Counted from the stretch's first letter, positions 30,820-43,294 are shown. The stretch: DNA of 64,000 nucleotides from an uncultured Methanoregulaceae archaeon (GCA_963705255.1 OY970061.1:1824001-1888000); one strand, 5' to 3'. Program-made: numbers and translations. Notes: a model not told the origin generated them from the letters alone.

Positions 30820-32557
30820 TTGAGTACCTTTCGCAGGTCAGCGATGTTGGCAAGAACGGTTTCCGGTTCAATATAATAGGCGTGGAAAAGGGAGGCAACA
30901 GAGATATAATCCATGATATCCTGCTTCCTCATGGCATCAAGTACGGATTTTCTGGAGGTTATCTCCGCATCGAGCTGGTCCCGGGTCCACCCTCTCTTCT
31001 CGGCGATATCCGCATATACCTGAGATCTGCCAGTGTACGTGAACACGTCCCGGACCGGATCGTAAACAAAAACATTGTTGACCCTCAGGTTCCCGGTCGA
31101 CGGATCGATACCGGCAATCTCAACGATCTCCTGGACACGCCTCACGCGTTCAGTGCCGCGGTAGATCAGGGCCTGGACACTCATGATATTCAGCGCCTGC
31201 ATCATGTTCCGGGTACATTCAGCGGCTCACTTTCAAGCCGGTGGATGGCAGCGTCCACACTGCCCGCGTGCATGGTCGAGAACGTCGTATGGCCCGTGTT
31301 CATTGCCTGGAAGAGCGTCTGGGCCTCCGGGCCACGGACCTCTCCTACGAGGATGAATTCCGGCCTCTGCCGCATAGCAGCCCGCAGGAGATCGAACATC
31401 GTGATCTCATTTCCTCCCTCGGTCAGTGATCCGCGGGTGATGCTGGCAATCCAGTTGTCGTGATGGAGGGTGATCTCACGGGTATCTTCGATGCTCACTA
31501 CCTTTGCACCGGGAGGGATGAACAGGGAGACCGCGTTCAGGGACGTGGTCTTGCCGGATGCGGTCCCCCCGATGAAGATCAGGCTCTTGTTGTTCTCGAT
31601 GGCAAGCCAGAAATATGCCAGGGAATCTGCGTTGAACGTGCCGTTCTCCATCAGTTCGACCGGGGAGAACGGCTCTTCCCTGAATTTCCGTATGGTGAAC
31701 GAGGTCCCCCTCGTCGTCACTTCCGTGCCGAGGGTGAGCTGCAGACGGGACCCGTCAGGCAGGGTTGCGTCGACCATGGGCGATCCCGTGGAGATATGTT
31801 TACCGGAACGCTGGGCAAGGGTAATAGCAAGTGAATAGAGGGCCTCGGATTCAAAGGAGATATTGGTCTTGATATTGCGGTAGCTCCGGTGGTACAGGAA
31901 GAGGGGGATTTTGTTCCCGTCGCAGGAAATATCCTCGAGGAGCGGATCCTTCATGAGGGCATCGATCCGGGACCAGCCGATAAAGTTCCTGATGAGATAA
32001 TACTGGAGCTTGAAAAGGGCTGCTTGTTCGAGCGAGAGGCCGTAATTATCCAGAAGGCCCTGTATTTTTTCTAGAAGGATGCGCTTGCGGTCCTTTTTGA
32101 TCTCAGCCGATGTGAGGATCAGTACGTCACGTAAATCCTCGTAGAGGCGTTCAAGCAGCTCATATTCGAAGTCGGAAAGCGCCGGTTCAAAAAGGAGGTA
32201 CTCTTTCTGGTTGGTCTTCCTGTTATTGGCAATGATGACCAGCGAGCGCCCGCGTTCAATCCAGTACCGGTCCAGCTGATCGTAACCCTCAGGGACGACC
32301 GCTTCGACCAGCGACCCGTGGAGGTCGAAATCATATTCCTCGATGATCGATTTTTCCTTTCCTTTGAGGAGGTGAAAGTAATGGCGGAAACTCGAATCGG
32401 GTTTTTTTGGTACCGGCAAGGGAATCGGGGCTGCCTCATCCTTCCCGGAGTCCGTCTTTCCGGAGATGGTTCCCGGGGGTGTGGAATCCTGTACCGGAGC
32501 CGGCTCATCCGTCTTCCGGGTCTTAAGGATCGATCGAAAAAATCCGGGTACCTGCAT
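30816..32557 (-). CDS. Type II/IV secretion system ATPase (TadA/FlaI-like); frameshift near 31210
   Basis: EDISCDG, FTIRKF, GGTASGKTT, SIEDTRE, RQRPEFILVGEVRG and TGH..STMHA; continues in 30816..31205 (RRVQEIVEI). Confidence 0.9.
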
Positions 32558-32770
32558 ATATCAGCGCCCTCGCCCGATGGCGATTGGTTCTCTGTTTTAT
32601 GATTCGGGGGATCAGCCTATTAAATTATGTGTGGTTTCGGAACGTTTCGGGGTTTCAGTCCGTTTTTCGCCGCCGTTCCGGTTTTTACCCCAAACAACAG
32701 ATATATTTATCACTCACGTAATGAGAGTTTCTTTCGAGATTTGTCATATCCATCGCCAGTGAGGCTTCAG

Positions 32771-33598
32771 ATGCAGGAATCAACACACCAGAAAATGCCA
32801 ACCGGGATCTCTTCGCTCGATCCCATTCTTGACGGGGGAGTCCCGCCGGGTTCGGTTATCCTTCTCCTCGGAGATCTCGGCGCCGGCAATTATGAATATG
32901 TTTACAGCTCGATCGTCAATATTCTGCAACTCGCAAAAGAGGGGGCTCCCCGGGGAGCCGGAACTCCCCAGGAGATCCGGTATATCACCTTTACACGCCT
33001 TGAGGAAGATGTCAGGCAGGAGATTACCAGTTCGTTGCACATAGATGGGCTGGACTTTCTTCTGGACTCGGTCCATTTCGACGATCTTTCCGAGCTCTAT
33101 TTTGATAACAGCGTCGTGCCTGATGAGTGGTACAGCCACAGCGATATCATGACAAGGCTCCAGAAAAGGACGAGTCGTGAAAATATCCTTCTCCAGCTTT
33201 CCAAGGTAGTTAATGGCGTCAAACCCGGCAGCCTGATCGTACTGGACTCCATTACGGATGTGGCAACGCAGTCGACTATCCCCAATTACTGGACCAACCT
33301 CACCGGTTTCTTGCGGGGACTGCAGCGGGTTTCAAAACAGAGGGGGATAACAAGTTACCTGCTGCTCAGCCGGGGGATCATTGAATCCTCAAAAGAGATG
33401 GAACTGGCTGATATTGCGGACGCAGTCCTGCTCTTCCGATGGGAAGAGATCACCGGTGCACGGCGGCAGCGGGTGATGTATTTCGAGAAGTTCCGGGGCG
33501 TGATGCCTCACCTTGAAGAGAGGGACTTGGTAAAATTCGCGGTGCGTATATCGACAACCGGCGGCTTCGAGGTAAGTAATATCCGGGTGGTCATATGA
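32771..33598 (+). CDS. KaiC/RAD55-family ATPase with a degenerate Walker A
   Basis: PTGISSLDPILDGGVPPGSVILLLGDLGAGNY (no Lys), IVLDSI and EKFRG. Confidence 0.85.
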   Translation: MQESTHQKMPTGISSLDPILDGGVPPGSVILLLGDLGAGNYEYVYSSIVNILQLAKEGAPRGAGTPQEIRYITFTRLEEDVRQEITSSLHIDGLDFLLDSVHFDDLSELYFDNSVVPDEWYSHSDIMTRLQKRTSRENILLQLSKVVNGVKPGSLIVLDSITDVATQSTIPNYWTNLTGFLRGLQRVSKQRGITSYLLLSRGIIESSKEMELADIADAVLLFRWEEITGARRQRVMYFEKFRGVMPHLEERDLVKFAVRISTTGGFEVSNIRVVI

Positions 33599-34293
33599 GC
33601 GGTGAACGGGTCAAAATGGGAATTGCCGGGCTTGATGACATGCTCGGAGGAGGGCTTATCCCTGGCAGCATCTGTGGTATCATCGGCACCTATGGCACAG
33701 GCAAGACCACGTTTTCCATCGAATTTGTCTGGGAGGGGTTGAAAAAAGGCGAGAACATCATCTACATAAGCCTCGAGGAGCGCGAAGAACGGATCATCGG
33801 CTATATGGAACAGAAGGGATGGGATGTCGTTCCGTACCTGAATAAATCCCTGTTCGTGATCAAACTTGACCCGACAGATTTCAACCTTGCAAACAACCGG
33901 ATAAAAAATGAGCTGCCGAAACTTATCGATGAGGTGAAAGCCAGCAGGGTTGTGATCGACCCCATCTCCCTTTTCGAGGATCTTTTTACCCTCGACTCCG
34001 AACGGCGCCAGGAGATGTTCCGCTTTGTCGAAGGCCTCAGGGACAAGAACTGCACGATAGTGATGACATCTGAGACCGACAAGAACAATGTGTTTTCAAG
34101 CCGGCATGCACTCATCGAGTTTCTTGTCGACACCGTGATACTCCTGCGCTATGTCCGGGCTTCCGATCTCACCGATGTCCATCTCGCCCTCGAAGTTGTA
34201 AAAATGAGGATGTCCGCCCACTCCCGCGAGATCAAGCCGTATGAGCTGATGCAGGACCAGGTGCTGGTCTATTCTGAAGCGAACGTCTTCTGA
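33595..34293 (+). CDS. KaiC-domain ATPase
   Basis: GIAGLDDMLGGG, GTYGTGKT, YISLEE, RVVIDPI and VVKMRMSAH; ATGA overlap with the upstream gene. Confidence 0.9.
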   Translation: MSGERVKMGIAGLDDMLGGGLIPGSICGIIGTYGTGKTTFSIEFVWEGLKKGENIIYISLEEREERIIGYMEQKGWDVVPYLNKSLFVIKLDPTDFNLANNRIKNELPKLIDEVKASRVVIDPISLFEDLFTLDSERRQEMFRFVEGLRDKNCTIVMTSETDKNNVFSSRHALIEFLVDTVILLRYVRASDLTDVHLALEVVKMRMSAHSREIKPYELMQDQVLVYSEANVF

Positions 34294-34306
34294 TTTTTTC
34301 TTATTT

Positions 34307-34570
34307 TCAGACAGTTATCCCGAACATGTTCAGCAGGATGAGGATCAGGACTCCCGGCAACCCCCCGACCGCACAGATGATCACGGTTGCAAGAGTGTAC
34401 CCGAGATCGGGTTTTCCTATCCACTGCATGATATGAAAAAAATTGACAATGAACAGGCAGATCAGCCCCAGAACCGCGTTGATCGCAAGGACTGCAAGTT
34501 TTTTCACGAGGTACCAGGCGATGGCGATAACCGCTATGATAAGAACGATGGCAAGGAGAATATCGGTCAT
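34307..34570 (-). CDS. BofA-like (pro-sigmaK processing inhibitor family) small membrane protein
   Basis: LAINAVLGLICLFIVN...GGLPGVLILILL pattern; 3 TM. Confidence 0.75.
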   Translation of the reverse strand: MTDILLAIVLIIAVIAIAWYLVKKLAVLAINAVLGLICLFIVNFFHIMQWIGKPDLGYTLATVIICAVGGLPGVLILILLNMFGITV

Positions 34571-34577
34571 TTGTTCC

Positions 34578-35864
34578 CTATTTACCAATAATATGCAGGT
34601 TATTTATTTTTATTGAGGGGAGGATGAGAGAGCCGACACTGCGCGACTCTTTGCTCAACCCTGATACGGAGCGGTGCATATCAAAGACATTTCCCGACAG
34701 CATGGCACTCCGGACCGGTTTCCGGAACTCCCCGCCCTCCATCCAGAACGCATTCGCGAGTTCAACCGAGAACTCCCCGCTCATCGGGTTTGCGGTATGA
34801 GCCCCTACGACGTTATGCACAAATACGACCCGTTCATCATCGATTGTGCTGCGTTTCCCGTCCACCACAAAGTTATGGTGTCCGATTGCCGGCAGCCCGC
34901 CAAACCCGTTCCGGACAGCATTCCCGGTGCTCTTCTTCCCGAACCGGGAACCCGTCTTTATATCGTAGGCAAAGGATTCGAGGATCCCGTTCCGGATAAA
35001 ATCTGTCCGCTTCGTGCGGGTGCCTTCCGCATCCCAGAGGACGCTCCCGTTTGCTCCGGGCAGGTGGGGATCATCGTACATGGAGATCCGGGTGTCGGCA
35101 ACCGGTTCACCAAGCGACTCTCCGAAGCGGGACCGCCCGGCATGGACATTGCGACCGCTCAGTGCAGGAACAAAAACGTTCCCGAGCAGCTCCGCATAGG
35201 CAAGCGGTGAGAGGAGGAGGTCGTAATCTCCGGTCGGGATATCTTCTCCCCCGGCAGACCCGCACGCGTAGAATGTCGCACGTTCGCCGACGTTTTCAGG
35301 GTAAATCCGGTCGATGGACCAGGCGTGATCGAATTCATATCCGGTTGACTGCCCGCTGATGGCCTCAAGTGAGACAGATACACCTGTATGACGGTCGGTA
35401 TAGCGGATTCCCCTGCTGTTCGCAAGAGTCACTTCCGCTGAAGAAAGTCCTGCAGAACCTGAAGTAATTTCTGCAGGATGTTTTTTTGCCCCTCCGATCA
35501 TGGTTTCCAGCAGGTCCCGGGCAATTTCGGGTTCAACCTTCATGGATGGATCAAAGGTGAGGGGACGCTGCGGGATCTTCTCGGCCTCAGGCAGCCCGTC
35601 CCACTTCTGCGGGGTTGCAAGTTTTCCGCTCGCAATTGCAGCGTCCAGGCATTTCCTCCACTGATCGGGGTTGTTGGTACTCGATGATCCAATCCGGCCT
35701 TCATGGATTGTGCGGATGCCAAGGCCACAGTCTCTGGAGGTTGTGGCAAGGTTAACCTTCTCTTTTTTCAGGTCGGCAGAAACCGTGGTGCCCGTGACAT
35801 AATAAACCTCAGCCTCGTCAACAGCCTTTTCTGCTTCCTGCAGGATCTGATCAATCCACGCCAC
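34578..35864 (-). CDS. pmbA: PmbA/TldE family protein
   Basis: GLGIRTI..GRIG, DDP..DAEG and GAHTANPMSGEFS; coupled downstream of tldD. GTG start inferred. Confidence 0.85.
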   Translation of the reverse strand: MAWIDQILQEAEKAVDEAEVYYVTGTTVSADLKKEKVNLATTSRDCGLGIRTIHEGRIGSSSTNNPDQWRKCLDAAIASGKLATPQKWDGLPEAEKIPQRPLTFDPSMKVEPEIARDLLETMIGGAKKHPAEITSGSAGLSSAEVTLANSRGIRYTDRHTGVSVSLEAISGQSTGYEFDHAWSIDRIYPENVGERATFYACGSAGGEDIPTGDYDLLLSPLAYAELLGNVFVPALSGRNVHAGRSRFGESLGEPVADTRISMYDDPHLPGANGSVLWDAEGTRTKRTDFIRNGILESFAYDIKTGSRFGKKSTGNAVRNGFGGLPAIGHHNFVVDGKRSTIDDERVVFVHNVVGAHTANPMSGEFSVELANAFWMEGGEFRKPVRSAMLSGNVFDMHRSVSGLSKESRSVGSLILPSIKINNLHIIGK

Positions 35865-37181
35865 TGCCACCCACCACCGCATCAGCCAGGAGGATATGGG
35901 GAGCCCCGTCGCTGACCGGAACATTCTGTCCACCCTTCCCGCAATATCCCGGGCTCATGGCCCGGTCGTTCCCGCAGAGGATGATCCCATGGAGCGTCAT
36001 CAGTATCTCTCCGGAAAGCGATACGTCCCGCACCATCGCTGTGCATTCCCCGCCCCTGACCAGGTACCCGTATTCTGCATTGAACTGGAAGATCCCCCGC
36101 CCGGGATCGACCTGCCCACCGCGGGAACCCTTGAGGAAGATGCCGTCCTTGCATTCCGCGAATATCTCCTCGACCGTGGCGTCACCGGATTCGATGAAGG
36201 TATTGCTCATCCGCACAAGTGGCGGTTCTCCGGGCATCGCGCGTGCGTGGCCCGCAACACCGTCGCCAACTGCTGCCAGCGACTCCCGGTTATGGAGGAA
36301 TGCGTTGATCACCCCTTTCCTGATGATCTCGGTCCGGGACACGGCAACCCCTTCCGCATCCACCGGATCAAACCCGAATTCATGAAGGCCCGGATCGTCG
36401 ACGATGGTGAGATTCCCGTCCCCGATCCGTTCCCCGTTCCTTCCTTTCAGGACCGAGTTTCCTTCGTGTATCAGGTCTCCCTCGCTCGCATGGCCGACGG
36501 CTTCATGAGCGAACACTCCCGCAAGTTCCGGGTCAAGGACTGCGCGCATCTTTCCGCCTTTTGCCGCGCCTGCGTCCAGCAGTGCAACGGCAATGTCAGC
36601 AGCTTTTTTGCCGGTATCCTGCTGGTGCCGGAGATTCAGACCGTGGATGGAGTGCTCGCGCTCGTACCCCATCTGCACATTCCCGTTCCGCGATGCGACC
36701 GCGAGTACGTTGAACCCGGACCTGCTCATCTCATATCCGTATTCATTTCCCGAACTGTCGGAGAACCGGACCTGCTCGGTACGTTCGATATAGTTTGCCC
36801 GGCGGTTTACCACGGACGGGTGCACGGCACTTCTCTCAATTCCTGCCAGGAGTGCCGATTTCTCTTCGATGGTCACGTCACGGGGGTCTTCCTTCAGCGG
36901 GGGAACGGCAAGAACACCCCGGGTGCATCCCCGAGCACGACATTCTCCCGGGTAATACCGGCCAGCCTTGCTGCACTCCCGAGAAGTTCATCAAATCTTG
37001 TACCGGAACAGGGCGTATAATTGTCAATCTGGAGAACTCCCCAGCCAGTCCCGGTAAGCACCCTCAGTACGGCCTTGTTGAAAAAAGAGGTCCCGGCAGA
37101 TTCTACAACACCGTTATCGATATCGATGTGGGTGATCTCGCCGGTCACATGCCGCAGGTCGTAATAGGAGATGCCGCCCAT
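35851..37181 (-). CDS. tldD: TldD family metalloprotease; frameshift near 36920
   Basis: HEAVGHASEGD zinc motif, VRMSNTFI and CGKGGQNVPVSDGAPH; the N-terminal fragment 36894..37181 joins if one C is added. Confidence 0.88.
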
Positions 37182-37186
37182 CGTAT

Positions 37187-39247
37187 TCAGGCCGTTGTCT
37201 GGGTGATCCCCGGCGCATCTGCGATCATTGCTGTTGACCGGATCGCCATCTTCCTGAGTTTGGAGAGGAACCCGTCGGAATTTTCCGGGACCAGTGCGAT
37301 CTTGAGGACGTCATCGATATTGTCGACCGGTATGATCGTGACCAGGGATTTGAACCGCTCTTCGATAAGCACGTCCCCGACATTCATGCGGGGGATGAGG
37401 ACGGTCTTTATCCCCGCCTTTGCCGCAGCCTCGATTTTGTATGTCACGCCACCCACCGGCAGGACATCGCCGCGCACGGAGAGCGAACCGGTCATTGCGA
37501 CATCCTGACGGACAGGAATCCCTTCAATGGCGCTTACGACCGCAGTTGCGACACTGACGGATGCCGAATCACCTTCCACACCCATGTAGGTACCGATGAA
37601 CTGGATGTGGATATCGATGTTCTTCACATCCTTGCCGGTAAATTTTTTCAGGATCGCGCTCACATTCTTGATGGATTCCTGCGCGATCTCCTTGAGCAAC
37701 CCGGTCGCAATAACTTCCCCGCCTTCTTTTCCTATCGCAGGAGTCACCTCCGCCATGATCGGCAGGACCGAACCGGCATCGCTCCCGGTTACTGCAAGGC
37801 CATTCACGCGTCCGATACGGGTCCCCTCGACAACCGTCATTTCGTATTCCCGGAGATGCCGGGTGATCTCGTCCGATACCTGGTCTTCGATCGATCGGGC
37901 GGTCTTCTTCGCGGTGGTCACATGGGCTGCTGTGGTGATGGCAGCATTTTCCTGCCGGGCGATATCCCCGGCCACCCGGATCAGTCCGCCGATGTCACGG
38001 AGTTTCAGGGTAAGATGTCCCTTACGGTTCGAGCGCCTGCGGGATTCCCGTATGATCTCATCGATGGCACTCTGGTCGAAATGCGGGATCTTCCCGTCAT
38101 TTTTCACTTCCTGTGCAATAAACCGGACATACTTCTGGCGGTTTTCCGGGGTATCCTCCATGCTCTCGGCCATGTAGACCTCGTACCCGTACCCGCGGAT
38201 ACGGGACCTGAGTGCCGGGTGCATCCCCTGGATTGCGTCAAGGTTGCCTGCCGCGATCATCACGAACTTGCAGGGCACCGGTTCGGTCCGCACCATGGCA
38301 CCGCTCGACCGTTCGCTCTGGCCGGTTATCGGGAATTCACCTTCCTGGAGGGCCGTGAGGAGGTTCTGCTGGGAGTGGGGGTCGAGGGTATTGATCTCAT
38401 CGATAAACAGGACACCCCCGTTTGAACGGTGGATTGCACCGGGTTCGACCCGGTCGTGTGCCGGGGTCTCCAGACCTCCGCTCTGGAACGGGTCGTGGCG
38501 GACATCTCCGAGCAGGGCACCGGCGTGGGAACCGGTTCCGTCGATAAAGGGAGCAATGCTCTTGGTATCGTTCGAAACAAGGAGCTTCGGTACCATCGTC
38601 TCTTCCCGCGGGGTAGTATACCGCAGTGCCATGAAAACGAATGCGCCCGCTATCAGGCCCATCAGGAGCTGCATGGTGATGATCGCATACCCCGCGATAC
38701 CCAGGAGGAGCAGCATCAGGAGGGTCTGGCGGAACTGGATCTTCTTTTTTGCCTCGGCTTTATGGGCAGTAACGATCTGTTTTCCACGCCCTGCCGCCAC
38801 CGTCCTGACAACCGGGTTATTAGGGTCATCGGAATTGGGGTATACCAGGATATCCAGAAGGTCTTCCTTGGGCAGGAGCTCGGCCATCGCCTTGGCGAGC
38901 ATCGATTTGCCGGTCCCGGGACTGCCAATCATCATGACATGCCTGCGCTGGATTGCAGCCTTCTTGATGACTTCCACGGCATGTTCCTGGCCGATTACCT
39001 GGTCGATCAGTTTTGCAGGTACTTCGACCTGCGACGATGTCGCAGCAGCGCTTTCGGCGAGAACTGCTTCCGGGCCTGCACCTTCCGGGCTGGCCGGTTC
39101 CTGGCCGGCTCCTTGGTCGATAAGTTTGGCAGGTACTTCGACCTGCGATGATGTGCCGGCAGTGCTTTCAGTGACAGCTGCTTCCGGGTTTGCACCGTCG
39201 GCAGTGGCCGGTTCCTGCGGCGGAGATAGGTGTTCAGAATTTTCCAT
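37187..39247 (-). CDS. lonB: Membrane-anchored ATP-dependent protease LonB
   Basis: [15 protein letters not shown], two TM helices, LFIDEI, catalytic Ser in EGDSAS and Lys in [10 protein letters not shown]. Confidence 0.95.
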   Translation of the reverse strand: MENSEHLSPPQEPATADGANPEAAVTESTAGTSSQVEVPAKLIDQGAGQEPASPEGAGPEAVLAESAAATSSQVEVPAKLIDQVIGQEHAVEVIKKAAIQRRHVMMIGSPGTGKSMLAKAMAELLPKEDLLDILVYPNSDDPNNPVVRTVAAGRGKQIVTAHKAEAKKKIQFRQTLLMLLLLGIAGYAIITMQLLMGLIAGAFVFMALRYTTPREETMVPKLLVSNDTKSIAPFIDGTGSHAGALLGDVRHDPFQSGGLETPAHDRVEPGAIHRSNGGVLFIDEINTLDPHSQQNLLTALQEGEFPITGQSERSSGAMVRTEPVPCKFVMIAAGNLDAIQGMHPALRSRIRGYGYEVYMAESMEDTPENRQKYVRFIAQEVKNDGKIPHFDQSAIDEIIRESRRRSNRKGHLTLKLRDIGGLIRVAGDIARQENAAITTAAHVTTAKKTARSIEDQVSDEITRHLREYEMTVVEGTRIGRVNGLAVTGSDAGSVLPIMAEVTPAIGKEGGEVIATGLLKEIAQESIKNVSAILKKFTGKDVKNIDIHIQFIGTYMGVEGDSASVSVATAVVSAIEGIPVRQDVAMTGSLSVRGDVLPVGGVTYKIEAAAKAGIKTVLIPRMNVGDVLIEERFKSLVTIIPVDNIDDVLKIALVPENSDGFLSKLRKMAIRSTAMIADAPGITQTTA
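39001..39218. repeat. Imperfect 114-bp tandem duplication within the lonB 5' end
   Basis: Copies begin at 39001 (GGTCGATCAGTTTTGCAGGTACTTCGACCTGCGACGATGT) and 39115 (GGTCGATAAGTTTGGCAGGTACTTCGACCTGCGATGATGT). They encode [14 protein letters not shown] twice. Confidence 0.9.
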
Positions 39248-39448
39248 TGCGGTTTTGCCCTCTTTTTACCCTTGGAGTTTCATATAAATTGTCTCATGAT
39301 AGTTTAAGTACTTTCAGCTGATTGCACTCTTTCTGCCGCATTAAACCCTGCCAAGACATACATTCAATGCGAAAAAACTACAATACCTGTCATCCCATAC
39401 TATGTTGCTCAGGCAAACCGCACAAATCCCGGATTCAGGATCGATAGC

Positions 39449-40297
39449 ATGAAAGTAGTCTGTACAGAAAATTCCCAGGTTCTTGCCACCCACCTTGCGA
39501 AGATACTCAGGACTCCCGTTGTAGATGTCCAGTTCTCCCGTTTTCCTGATGGCGAGCAGTACCTCGTGGCAGGAGATCTGGATGACGAGACCATTATCGT
39601 CGGGAGTGTCATGGGCAACGACGCACTTGTCCAGCTGCTGCTGCTGGTGGATGCGTGTGACAATTCTGTAAACCGGCTCGTTCTCCCCTACATGGCCTAT
39701 GCACGTCAGGATAAGCGGTTCAGGCAGGGTGAACCGATCAGTGCCCGGGCCGTTGCACAGGCTCTCAGCCGGGGAGTATCGGATGTTATTACCGTCAATA
39801 TCCACGAGAAAGAGATCCTGAAGTACTTTTCCGTCCCGGCACAGAACATCTCCCTTGCCGGGGATATAGGTGCATATATCAGAACACTGCATCTGGACAA
39901 ACCTCTTATCCTTGCACCTGATGACGGGGCCCTCGCGTTTGCTGAACAGGTGGCTTCCGCCAACGGCTGGGACTTCGACCATCTCGAGAAGACCCGGCTC
40001 AGCGGGTCTGAGGTCAGGATGGCGCCCCGGCAGTTGTGTGCAGCTTCACGGTCCGTCGTCATTGTCGATGATATCATCTCCACCGGGGGGACCATCGCAA
40101 CGGCGACCGGGATGCTGTACCAGCAGGGTGCTAAGGACGTCTATGCCGCATGCGTCCACGGGGTCCTCACGGGCGGTGCGTATGTCAGGCTCATGGCAAC
40201 CGGCATCCGCGATGTGATCTGCAGCGATACGATAGAACGGGCGTGCAGCAAGATATCCGCTGCAGACCGGATAGCCAGTGCCATCAGAAGACCCTGA
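39449..40297 (+). CDS. prs: Ribose-phosphate pyrophosphokinase
   Basis: FPDGE, PYMAYARQD, LAPDDGA, VDDIISTGGT and CVHG. Confidence 0.95.
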   Translation: MKVVCTENSQVLATHLAKILRTPVVDVQFSRFPDGEQYLVAGDLDDETIIVGSVMGNDALVQLLLLVDACDNSVNRLVLPYMAYARQDKRFRQGEPISARAVAQALSRGVSDVITVNIHEKEILKYFSVPAQNISLAGDIGAYIRTLHLDKPLILAPDDGALAFAEQVASANGWDFDHLEKTRLSGSEVRMAPRQLCAASRSVVIVDDIISTGGTIATATGMLYQQGAKDVYAACVHGVLTGGAYVRLMATGIRDVICSDTIERACSKISAADRIASAIRRP

Positions 40298-40345
40298 GGA
40301 GTGCACGCATGGCGATTCATTTTCTGCACTCCAAAGGCCCCTGAA

Positions 40346-40801
40346 ATGCGCTCCGTCCTCGATTCCAGCATCTTTTTTTCCGAATGCCCGGTGGCCGGTG
40401 AGATATTTACCACCCCTTCCGTGTGCGGCGAGCTGGTGGATATCCGGTCCCGGGGGAATTTTGAAAAACTGTGCGCAAACGGCTTACAGGTCATCTCCCC
40501 GGGAGGCCAGAGCAGGGAAACAGTACGGGCTGCAGCCATCACGTCCAGGGATGCCGGGGTGATCTCCGAAACCGACATCGATCTCCTCGCCCTCGCTCTT
40601 GAACTGGAAGCTGCCCTCTACACGGATGATTTCGCCATCCAGAACGTTGCCGCCGTTCTTGGTATCCGGACCATTCCCATCCACCAGCGGAAAGCGCGAC
40701 GCGTCCACTGGAAATATCGCTGCCGGGGCTGCGGCAGGTATTTTGATCATGATGGCGAATGCCCGGTCTGCGGTTCGGCAATCAAAAGAAAACTTAAATA
40801 G
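40346..40801 (+). CDS. nob1: Nob1 PIN-domain rRNA-processing endonuclease with a Zn ribbon
   Basis: [25 protein letters not shown] and CRGC...CPVCG. Confidence 0.9.
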   Translation: MRSVLDSSIFFSECPVAGEIFTTPSVCGELVDIRSRGNFEKLCANGLQVISPGGQSRETVRAAAITSRDAGVISETDIDLLALALELEAALYTDDFAIQNVAAVLGIRTIPIHQRKARRVHWKYRCRGCGRYFDHDGECPVCGSAIKRKLK

Positions 40802-40821
40802 ATACCGGCGAATCTTTTTTC

Positions 40822-41430
40822 ATGTCTTCCCTTGACGATCTGATTGGCAGGGCAAAGATGCTCCTTGCAGAAGGGCACAGCCCGGGTCAGATTGCAGACG
40901 AGCTCTCCCTTTCGATGGAAACGGTAACATGGCTTCTGACCCAGGCCAAAGGAACGAGCGCCCCGAAAGATGTCCATATCGACTGGACTGCAGTCTCGAG
41001 CCATGCTCCTCTTCTCGAAGAAACGGCACAGATGCTCCTGAACCGGTACTATCTGGCCCAGAGCGGGGATACGGTCGGGTCGCCCGCTGCGGATGTCATC
41101 GTTGGCATCGCCCTATCGGGAATCCCGCTGGCAACGCTCATTGCCGTGCAGGAGGCGGCAAAACTCTCCATCTATCACCCGGCCAAACAGAACCAGAGCA
41201 AACAGCCGACAGGATCCATCAGCGGGAATTTTTCCACCGTCACCGACCAGCGCTGCATCATTGTCGATGACACCATAACCTCCGGGAACACGATGCTGGA
41301 AGTGGTGAAATATCTGAAGAAGCACAAGGCCATTCCCATCGCGATCTGGGTGATATTCGATAAGCGCGGCATCACGGATGTTGATGGTGTACCGGTCTAT
41401 TCACTCTTCAAAATCTCCCGTATTGACTGA
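40822..41430 (+). CDS. Orotate phosphoribosyltransferase-like protein with an N-terminal HTH (GfcR-like)
   Basis: [25 protein letters not shown] and PRPP motif [10 protein letters not shown]. Confidence 0.88.
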   Translation: MSSLDDLIGRAKMLLAEGHSPGQIADELSLSMETVTWLLTQAKGTSAPKDVHIDWTAVSSHAPLLEETAQMLLNRYYLAQSGDTVGSPAADVIVGIALSGIPLATLIAVQEAAKLSIYHPAKQNQSKQPTGSISGNFSTVTDQRCIIVDDTITSGNTMLEVVKYLKKHKAIPIAIWVIFDKRGITDVDGVPVYSLFKISRID

Positions 41431-41511
41431 TCCATCCTTTTTTCCTGAACGCACACAGTATAATTTATATAGAAGTTCAATTCCACCTTTTACAACATCG
41501 GAGGATCCATT

Positions 41512-43113
41512 ATGCTATCTGGACAGCCAATTATCATCTTAAAGGAAAATGTAGAGCGTAATTACGGGAAGGAAGCCCAGCGCTCGAATATTGCGGCAGC
41601 AAAGGCGATTGCCGGTGCTGTCAGGTCAACGCTCGGTCCGCGGGGAATGGACAAGATGCTCGTCGGCTCCACCGGCGATATCGTCATCACCAATGACGGC
41701 GCGACCATTCTCGGCGAGATAGCCGTTCAGCACCCTGGCGCAAAGATGGTGATCGAAGTCGCGCGGACCCAGGACGACGAGGTCGGCGACGGTACCACAA
41801 CGGCAGTCATTCTTGTCGGCGCCCTGATGGAGCAGGCTGAAACCATGCTCGAACAGGGTATTCACCCGACAGTCATCGCTCAGGGCTACCGCATGGGCAT
41901 GGAAAAGGCGCTCGAGATTGCGAGCAGCCTCTCACTCAAGGTAGACCCGGCGGACCGGAAGACCCTGATCAAGATCGTCGATACCGCTATCACCGGCAAG
42001 TCGATCGAGTCGGTCAAGACCAAGCTGGACGGCATCATCGTCGATGCGGTCATGGCCGTTGCCGAGAAGGTCAACGGGAAGACCAGCGTTGACGAGGAAG
42101 ACGTCATGATCAAGAAACAGAAGGGACAGTCGATGAACGATGCGGAGCTGATCCGGGGCGTCGTCATTGACAAGACCCGTGTCCAGGAGGGCATGCCCAA
42201 GAAGATCTCCAAGGCAAAGGTCGCCCTTGTCGCCACCCCCCTCGAAATCACCAAGACCCAGGTGAAGGCCAAGATCAAGATCTCCACTGCCGAACAGATC
42301 ACGGCATTCAGCGAGCAGGAACGCGATGCACTGAAAAAGCTCGCAGATTCGATCATCGACAGCGGCGCAAACGTCCTTCTCTGCCAGAAAGGCATCTCGG
42401 ACGCAGCCCAGTTCTACCTTGCAAAGAGCGGGATCCTTGCGATCGAGGATGTGCCCGAGAAAGACATGAAATATGCTGCACGGGCTCTCCATGCAAACAT
42501 CGTCAATAAGCCCGAGTCCCTGACCGGAAAGGACCTTGGCATCGCAGACCTCGTAGAGGAGGACACCGAGGGCAAGGTCACCCGGATCTCGGGGTGCAAG
42601 AACCCCAGGACCATCACCATCCTGCTCCGGGGCACGAGCGACTACCTGCTCGACGAGCTCGAGCGTGCGGTCGTTGACGGGACCCGCGTCGTGATGGACG
42701 CAATGGAAGACGGGACGTATGTTGTTGGCGGCGGGGCAGTCGAAACCGAACTTTTCATGAAGATCCGGGACTACGCCCAGACGGTCGGCGGCCGTGTCCA
42801 GCTCGCGCTCGAAGCCTATGCGACAGCATTCGAGTCCATCCCGCTGACGCTTGCCGAAAATTCCGGTTTCAACCCGATCGACAAGCTGGTCGAACTCAAG
42901 AACGTCCATTCAAAGGGTAAGAAGAACGCAGGGCTCAATGTCTACGAAGGCAAAGTCGTCGACATGCTGGCAGAAGGCGTTATCGAACCCCTGAGGTCAA
43001 AACGCCAGTCCATCCAGAGTGCTTCCGAAACGGCGATCATGCTCATCCGCGTTGATGACATGATGATCACCCAGCAGGGTGGCAAGGGCGGTGCCGCTGC
43101 CCACGGAATGTAA
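41512..43113 (+). CDS. thsA: Thermosome (group II chaperonin) subunit
   Basis: [27 protein letters not shown] and GGGAVE. Confidence 0.95.
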   Translation: MLSGQPIIILKENVERNYGKEAQRSNIAAAKAIAGAVRSTLGPRGMDKMLVGSTGDIVITNDGATILGEIAVQHPGAKMVIEVARTQDDEVGDGTTTAVILVGALMEQAETMLEQGIHPTVIAQGYRMGMEKALEIASSLSLKVDPADRKTLIKIVDTAITGKSIESVKTKLDGIIVDAVMAVAEKVNGKTSVDEEDVMIKKQKGQSMNDAELIRGVVIDKTRVQEGMPKKISKAKVALVATPLEITKTQVKAKIKISTAEQITAFSEQERDALKKLADSIIDSGANVLLCQKGISDAAQFYLAKSGILAIEDVPEKDMKYAARALHANIVNKPESLTGKDLGIADLVEEDTEGKVTRISGCKNPRTITILLRGTSDYLLDELERAVVDGTRVVMDAMEDGTYVVGGGAVETELFMKIRDYAQTVGGRVQLALEAYATAFESIPLTLAENSGFNPIDKLVELKNVHSKGKKNAGLNVYEGKVVDMLAEGVIEPLRSKRQSIQSASETAIMLIRVDDMMITQQGGKGGAAAHGM

Positions 43114-43294
43114 ACCTCCTGAAAGACAAAAAAATTCAGAAGCCGGGCAAAACCGGCCTCCTCTTTTTTGGCGTGCCCACGCGTACGAAACGAAAAGTGG
43201 TCTGGGGTTTTCGGGTTCGTCAGTACTCCTGAATGGTACGGGCAAACGCAGATAACTATTAGAACAATCGATGAAAAAAATAAGAGAACCGGGT

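Noticed and set aside
35896-39287. Plus-strand ORFs of 374, 272 and 347 aa
   Set aside because: Antisense to tldD and lonB; no domain signatures.
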